This document shows positions 32,842 to 36,309 of a stretch of DNA of 36,309 bases, piece after piece. The stretch's first letter is position 1, and every line of letters begins with the position of its first letter. The notes under the pieces were generated by a model. It made no database searches, was not told the origin of the DNA, and saw only the letters and a list, made by a program, of their open reading frames with translations. Made by a program: the position numbers and the translations under genes. Source of the stretch: a virus (lineage: Duplodnaviria; Caudoviricetes); IMG/VR virus record IMGVR_UViG_3300038797_000018, positions 1-36,309 of that record; one strand, written 5' to 3'.

Positions 32842-35760
32842 ATGGCTCAGACATCCCGCCTGGTTCTGGAGATCGACAGCCGGGACGCCGAGCAGAAGGC
32901 TGCCGACACGCGCAAGGCACTTGAGGCACTCGAAGGTGCAGGCCTTCGAGCCAAGCCAGTCATGGACAAACTGGCCGACGGCATCGATAGCGTTGGTCAG
33001 TCCTCGGAGACCACAGGCAAAAAGGTCAAAACACAGAAAGAGCAACTGGAAGAGTTGCTGGGGAGTATTGACCCTGTCACCCGAAAGCTGGGCGAACTGG
33101 ACAAGCAAGAAAAGGAACTGGCCAAAAACCGAAAGCTTGGCTTGATCGACGCTGATACTTTTTCCGAGTACCAAGCCAAAATCAACACCACCCGAGCTGA
33201 TCTGGGGCGCTTCAACGCGGACCTTGGCAAAACCGGCATGACGGCCAAGGCAACAGCCGCCGCACTGCGGGGCGTTCCGGCGCAGTTCACGGATATCGCT
33301 GTTTCGCTGCAGGGCGGACAGGCGCCTCTCACTGTTTTCCTGCAGCAGGGTGGCCAGCTTAAGGATATGTTCGGCGGTGTTGGGCCGGCCGCGAAAGCGT
33401 TGGGCGGCTATATCCTTGGCCTGGTCAACCCGTTCACTGTGGCTGCCGCAGCGGTTGGCGTGCTCGGTCTGGCCTACTACCAAGGCTCGAAAGAGCAAGA
33501 TGCTTACCGCCTTTCTCTCGTCACCACTGGCAATGCTGCCGGCACTACCACGCTGGCGCTGGCCGAGATGGCGAAGCGTGTCAGCGGCACCGTCGGCACC
33601 ACTGCAGACGCCGCTGCGGCACTGGCCCAACTGGCCGGCACCGGGAAGATTGCAAGTTCAAGCTTTGAGCAAATCGCAACATCTGCAATCGCCTATGAAA
33701 AAGCCACGGGCAAAGCAGTGTCGGAGACGGTCGCTGAGTTTGCCCGGCTCGCCGACGACCCCGTGAAAGCGGTTGCGGAGCTAAACGACAAGTACAACTT
33801 TCTGACCGCGTCGGTGTACGAGCAAATCCGAGCCGCTCAGCAAATGGGTGAGAAGGAGGCAGCCGCAGCTATAGCGCAGGAAGCCTATGCCAGGGCGCTG
33901 GGCGAGCGCGCCGCAACGATGAAGGCGAACCTCGGCACGCTTGAAAAAGCGTGGAATGATCTTGCTGGCGCAGCGAAGAGCGGATGGGATGCCATTCTGA
34001 ACATCGGGCGGGAGTCGAACGACGGTCCTGATGTTCAAGCCATCCAGCAAAAGATCAATTACCTGAAATCCACTCTCGATACGGGTTACGAGGACGGTAA
34101 CGCAAGGGAGCGAATCGCCTCTCTTCAGGCTGAGCTGGATGCCTACAACAAAAAGTCCAAGGCCGAGCAGGACGCTGCTGATGCTGCCGCGCGAAACGCC
34201 CAAATTCAGCGCGACGGCCAAGCCGCATACGAGGCTTTCGAAAAAAACAAAGAGCAGTACTTCACGAAAGAGCAAAAGAGGAACAAGGCCCTTGAGGATG
34301 AGCTGAAGCGAATCAACGCAGCAAGGGCGGCAGGCTATACGATCACAGCTGAACAGGAGGCCGCAGCCCTGAAGGCTATCCGGGAAAGCGATAGCTTTAA
34401 GGAGGCTGCGGAGAAGAAGCCCAAGGCATACCGCGAAGACTCCGGCATGAAGGCGCTTGACCAAGCCCGCCAGCAATATGCTGTGCTGCAACAGCAGAAT
34501 TCGCTGATCGGCGTGCAGAAAGGCGAGGTCGATAAGCTAGGCGCCGCCGGGCAGGCGCTGGTGAAATGGGAGCAGGAACTCGCCGACATCAAGGGTAAGC
34601 AGATCCTGACGGCCGACCAGAAGGCTTTGGTCGCGAACCAGGAACTGATCACCGCCCAGCTGAAAAAGAACGCCGCGCTTGAGAAGGAAAACCAGCTCAA
34701 GAAGATCTCCATGGAGGAGACGCAGAAGCTCGCAGCATTCCAGGCCAATCTGGCCAGCCAATTGGCAAAGGCACAGACCGGGCTGGACAACAACCTCGCC
34801 GGCATGGGGCTGGGCGACCAGCAGCGTCAGCGCTTGCAGGAACAGTTCAGCATCGAGCAGCAGTACCAGTCGCAGATGGATGCTCTGCAGCAGCAGCGCA
34901 ACGAGGGTCGCATCAGCGAAAAGCTGTACAGCGAGGAGACTGATGCGCTCCGCTCAGCGCTGCAAACCCGCCTCGCGATGCAGCAGCAGTACTACACGGA
35001 CGTGGATAAGGCTCAATCGGACTGGGCGCTCGGTGCTTCGTCGGCGTTTCAGACCTACTCGGAGCAGGCGCGCGACGTCGCCGGGCAAACCCGCAACCTG
35101 TTCACCAACGCCTTCAGCAACATGGAAGACGGCATCATCCAGTTCGTGAAGACCGGCAAGCTGTCGTTCAAAGATCTGGCGGACGGCATCATCGCCGACT
35201 TGATCCGCATTCAAGTGCGCCAGGCGGCAGTAGGCATATTCGGAACTGTCTTCAGCGGATTGACCGCAGGCGCCTCAGCCGGCAATGGCCTCGCAGCCGG
35301 ATCCGCTGGCGCGACGTCTTCCACGCTCGGCGCATCTGCCGCCGGATACGGCTCAAAGTTCGGATTCTCCGACGGCGGCTATACCGGTGACGGCGGCAAG
35401 TTCGAGCCGAAGGGCGTCGTGCACGGCGGCGAGTTCGTGGTCCGCAAGGAAGCGGTCAGTCAGCCAGGTGCTCGGGAATTCCTCGAGCGCATGAACGCGA
35501 ACACCAAGGGCTATGCTGACGGCGGGTATGTGGGCGGCGCGTCCACGTCCAGGTCAACGACGACATCGGCATCGATGAGTCTGCCAGCTATAGAGCAGCA
35601 CTTTCATTTTCAGGGAAATCCTGATGAAAACACTGCTCAATTGCTCAAACAGGCTGCAGATGACGGCGCGAATCGCGGCATGAGAGGCGGCTACGAGATG
35701 ATGCTGCGCGACCTCAAACAGAATGGAACGGCAATGCAACTTATAAGGAGAAACAGGTGA
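32842..35760 (+). CDS. Tail tape measure protein (lambda H-like, 972 aa)
   Basis: [23 protein letters not shown] motif; [10 protein letters not shown]; [22 protein letters not shown]. Confidence 0.95.
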   Translation: MAQTSRLVLEIDSRDAEQKAADTRKALEALEGAGLRAKPVMDKLADGIDSVGQSSETTGKKVKTQKEQLEELLGSIDPVTRKLGELDKQEKELAKNRKLGLIDADTFSEYQAKINTTRADLGRFNADLGKTGMTAKATAAALRGVPAQFTDIAVSLQGGQAPLTVFLQQGGQLKDMFGGVGPAAKALGGYILGLVNPFTVAAAAVGVLGLAYYQGSKEQDAYRLSLVTTGNAAGTTTLALAEMAKRVSGTVGTTADAAAALAQLAGTGKIASSSFEQIATSAIAYEKATGKAVSETVAEFARLADDPVKAVAELNDKYNFLTASVYEQIRAAQQMGEKEAAAAIAQEAYARALGERAATMKANLGTLEKAWNDLAGAAKSGWDAILNIGRESNDGPDVQAIQQKINYLKSTLDTGYEDGNARERIASLQAELDAYNKKSKAEQDAADAAARNAQIQRDGQAAYEAFEKNKEQYFTKEQKRNKALEDELKRINAARAAGYTITAEQEAAALKAIRESDSFKEAAEKKPKAYREDSGMKALDQARQQYAVLQQQNSLIGVQKGEVDKLGAAGQALVKWEQELADIKGKQILTADQKALVANQELITAQLKKNAALEKENQLKKISMEETQKLAAFQANLASQLAKAQTGLDNNLAGMGLGDQQRQRLQEQFSIEQQYQSQMDALQQQRNEGRISEKLYSEETDALRSALQTRLAMQQQYYTDVDKAQSDWALGASSAFQTYSEQARDVAGQTRNLFTNAFSNMEDGIIQFVKTGKLSFKDLADGIIADLIRIQVRQAAVGIFGTVFSGLTAGASAGNGLAAGSAGATSSTLGASAAGYGSKFGFSDGGYTGDGGKFEPKGVVHGGEFVVRKEAVSQPGAREFLERMNANTKGYADGGYVGGASTSRSTTTSASMSLPAIEQHFHFQGNPDENTAQLLKQAADDGANRGMRGGYEMMLRDLKQNGTAMQLIRRNR

Positions 35761-36056
35761 AAATCTCTGATCTGGATACAGGAAAGCTCATTGATGTGAT
35801 CAATCGCGCAATCTTTCCTGTGGTTTTTGAGGGCGTTAATGCTCAAACACCTCCCAGCGAGTTGCGCAGTCGAGCGAACCTGAATGCCGAGGTTATGGGC
35901 AGGATCATGGGTGTTCTTCTTTGCAAGGATGAGATCGGGCAGGAAATTTTCGAACTGATCGAATTGAGCGTGGCGCGCATGAAAGAAGGTCACGGCGAAT
36001 CGTTCGACGAGCTGCTGGGGCCAGGCGGCTCACTAAGCAGCATTCACAAGCTTTAA
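35757..36056 (+). CDS. Hypothetical protein inserted after the tape measure gene (99 aa)
   Basis: GTGA overlap, AAGGAG RBS, AT-richer than flanks. Confidence 0.6.
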   Translation: MKISDLDTGKLIDVINRAIFPVVFEGVNAQTPPSELRSRANLNAEVMGRIMGVLLCKDEIGQEIFELIELSVARMKEGHGESFDELLGPGGSLSSIHKL

Positions 36057-36084
36057 ACAAAGCTGATTCTTCAAGGAGTACTGC

Positions 36085-36309
36085 ATGGCTCTCACGTGGC
36101 CGGCTTCGCTGCGCCCGTCAGAAATGACGTGGGGCATCGTCAACAACAGCAGGGCGTTCACCTCGACGCTCTCGAATGCCCAGCAGATCGTCGGCTACCC
36201 GGGCGCTTACTGGCAGTGCACCTTGACGTTCGGACTATTGACCAGAGCCCAAGAGCGCGAGCTTTCAGCGTTTCTCGGGCGACTGGATGGGATGTTCGGC
36301 ACCTTCAAC
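36085..36309 (+). CDS. Distal tail / minor tail protein (5' part)
   Basis: AAGGAG RBS; MALTWPASLRPSEMTWGIVNNSRAFTSTLS...; position after the tape measure gene. Confidence 0.72.
   Translation, partial: MALTWPASLRPSEMTWGIVNNSRAFTSTLSNAQQIVGYPGAYWQCTLTFGLLTRAQERELSAFLGRLDGMFGTFN

Larger units (their letters stand above)
1..36309. mobile_element. Lambdoid siphovirus-like prophage (internal segment; both ends outside the window)
   Basis: Canonical order recombination - cI/cro - replication - nin - Q - lysis - terminase - portal - capsid - tail tube - chaperone frameshift - tape measure. Confidence 0.97.

Overview
The whole window is an internal segment of a lambdoid (siphovirus-type) temperate prophage, most likely from a Pseudomonas host (inferred from DUF1654, an LlpA bacteriocin, a SutA-like domain and GC-rich codon usage). 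From left to right it contains: the leftward early operon (DUF4406, small ORFs, YqaJ exonuclease, ERF recombinase); the pL leader with a boxA and nested hairpins; a LexA-box-controlled DUF1654 gene; two membrane genes in the rex position; the cI/cro switch with 16-bp operators; O-like initiator and DnaC-like loader; nin genes; a Q-position regulator and late promoter region; a cargo block (structured RNA candidate, Com-like Zn finger, lectin-like bacteriocin LlpA); holin plus spanins without an endolysin; and the terminase, portal, head and tail genes to the start of the distal tail gene. Several morons are interspersed. No integrase, att site, tRNA or CRISPR array is visible. The most notable observations are (1) a Com-like regulator / putative antisense RNA / LlpA cassette sitting where stx sits in Stx phages, (2) a protein joining a SutA-like RNA polymerase-binding motif to tandem HTHs, and (3) a dispersed bipartite DNA motif, GTGTCRCGACAC-N20-GTGTCGCG, in three copies near module junctions. 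All family assignments come from motif recognition and synteny, not from database searches.
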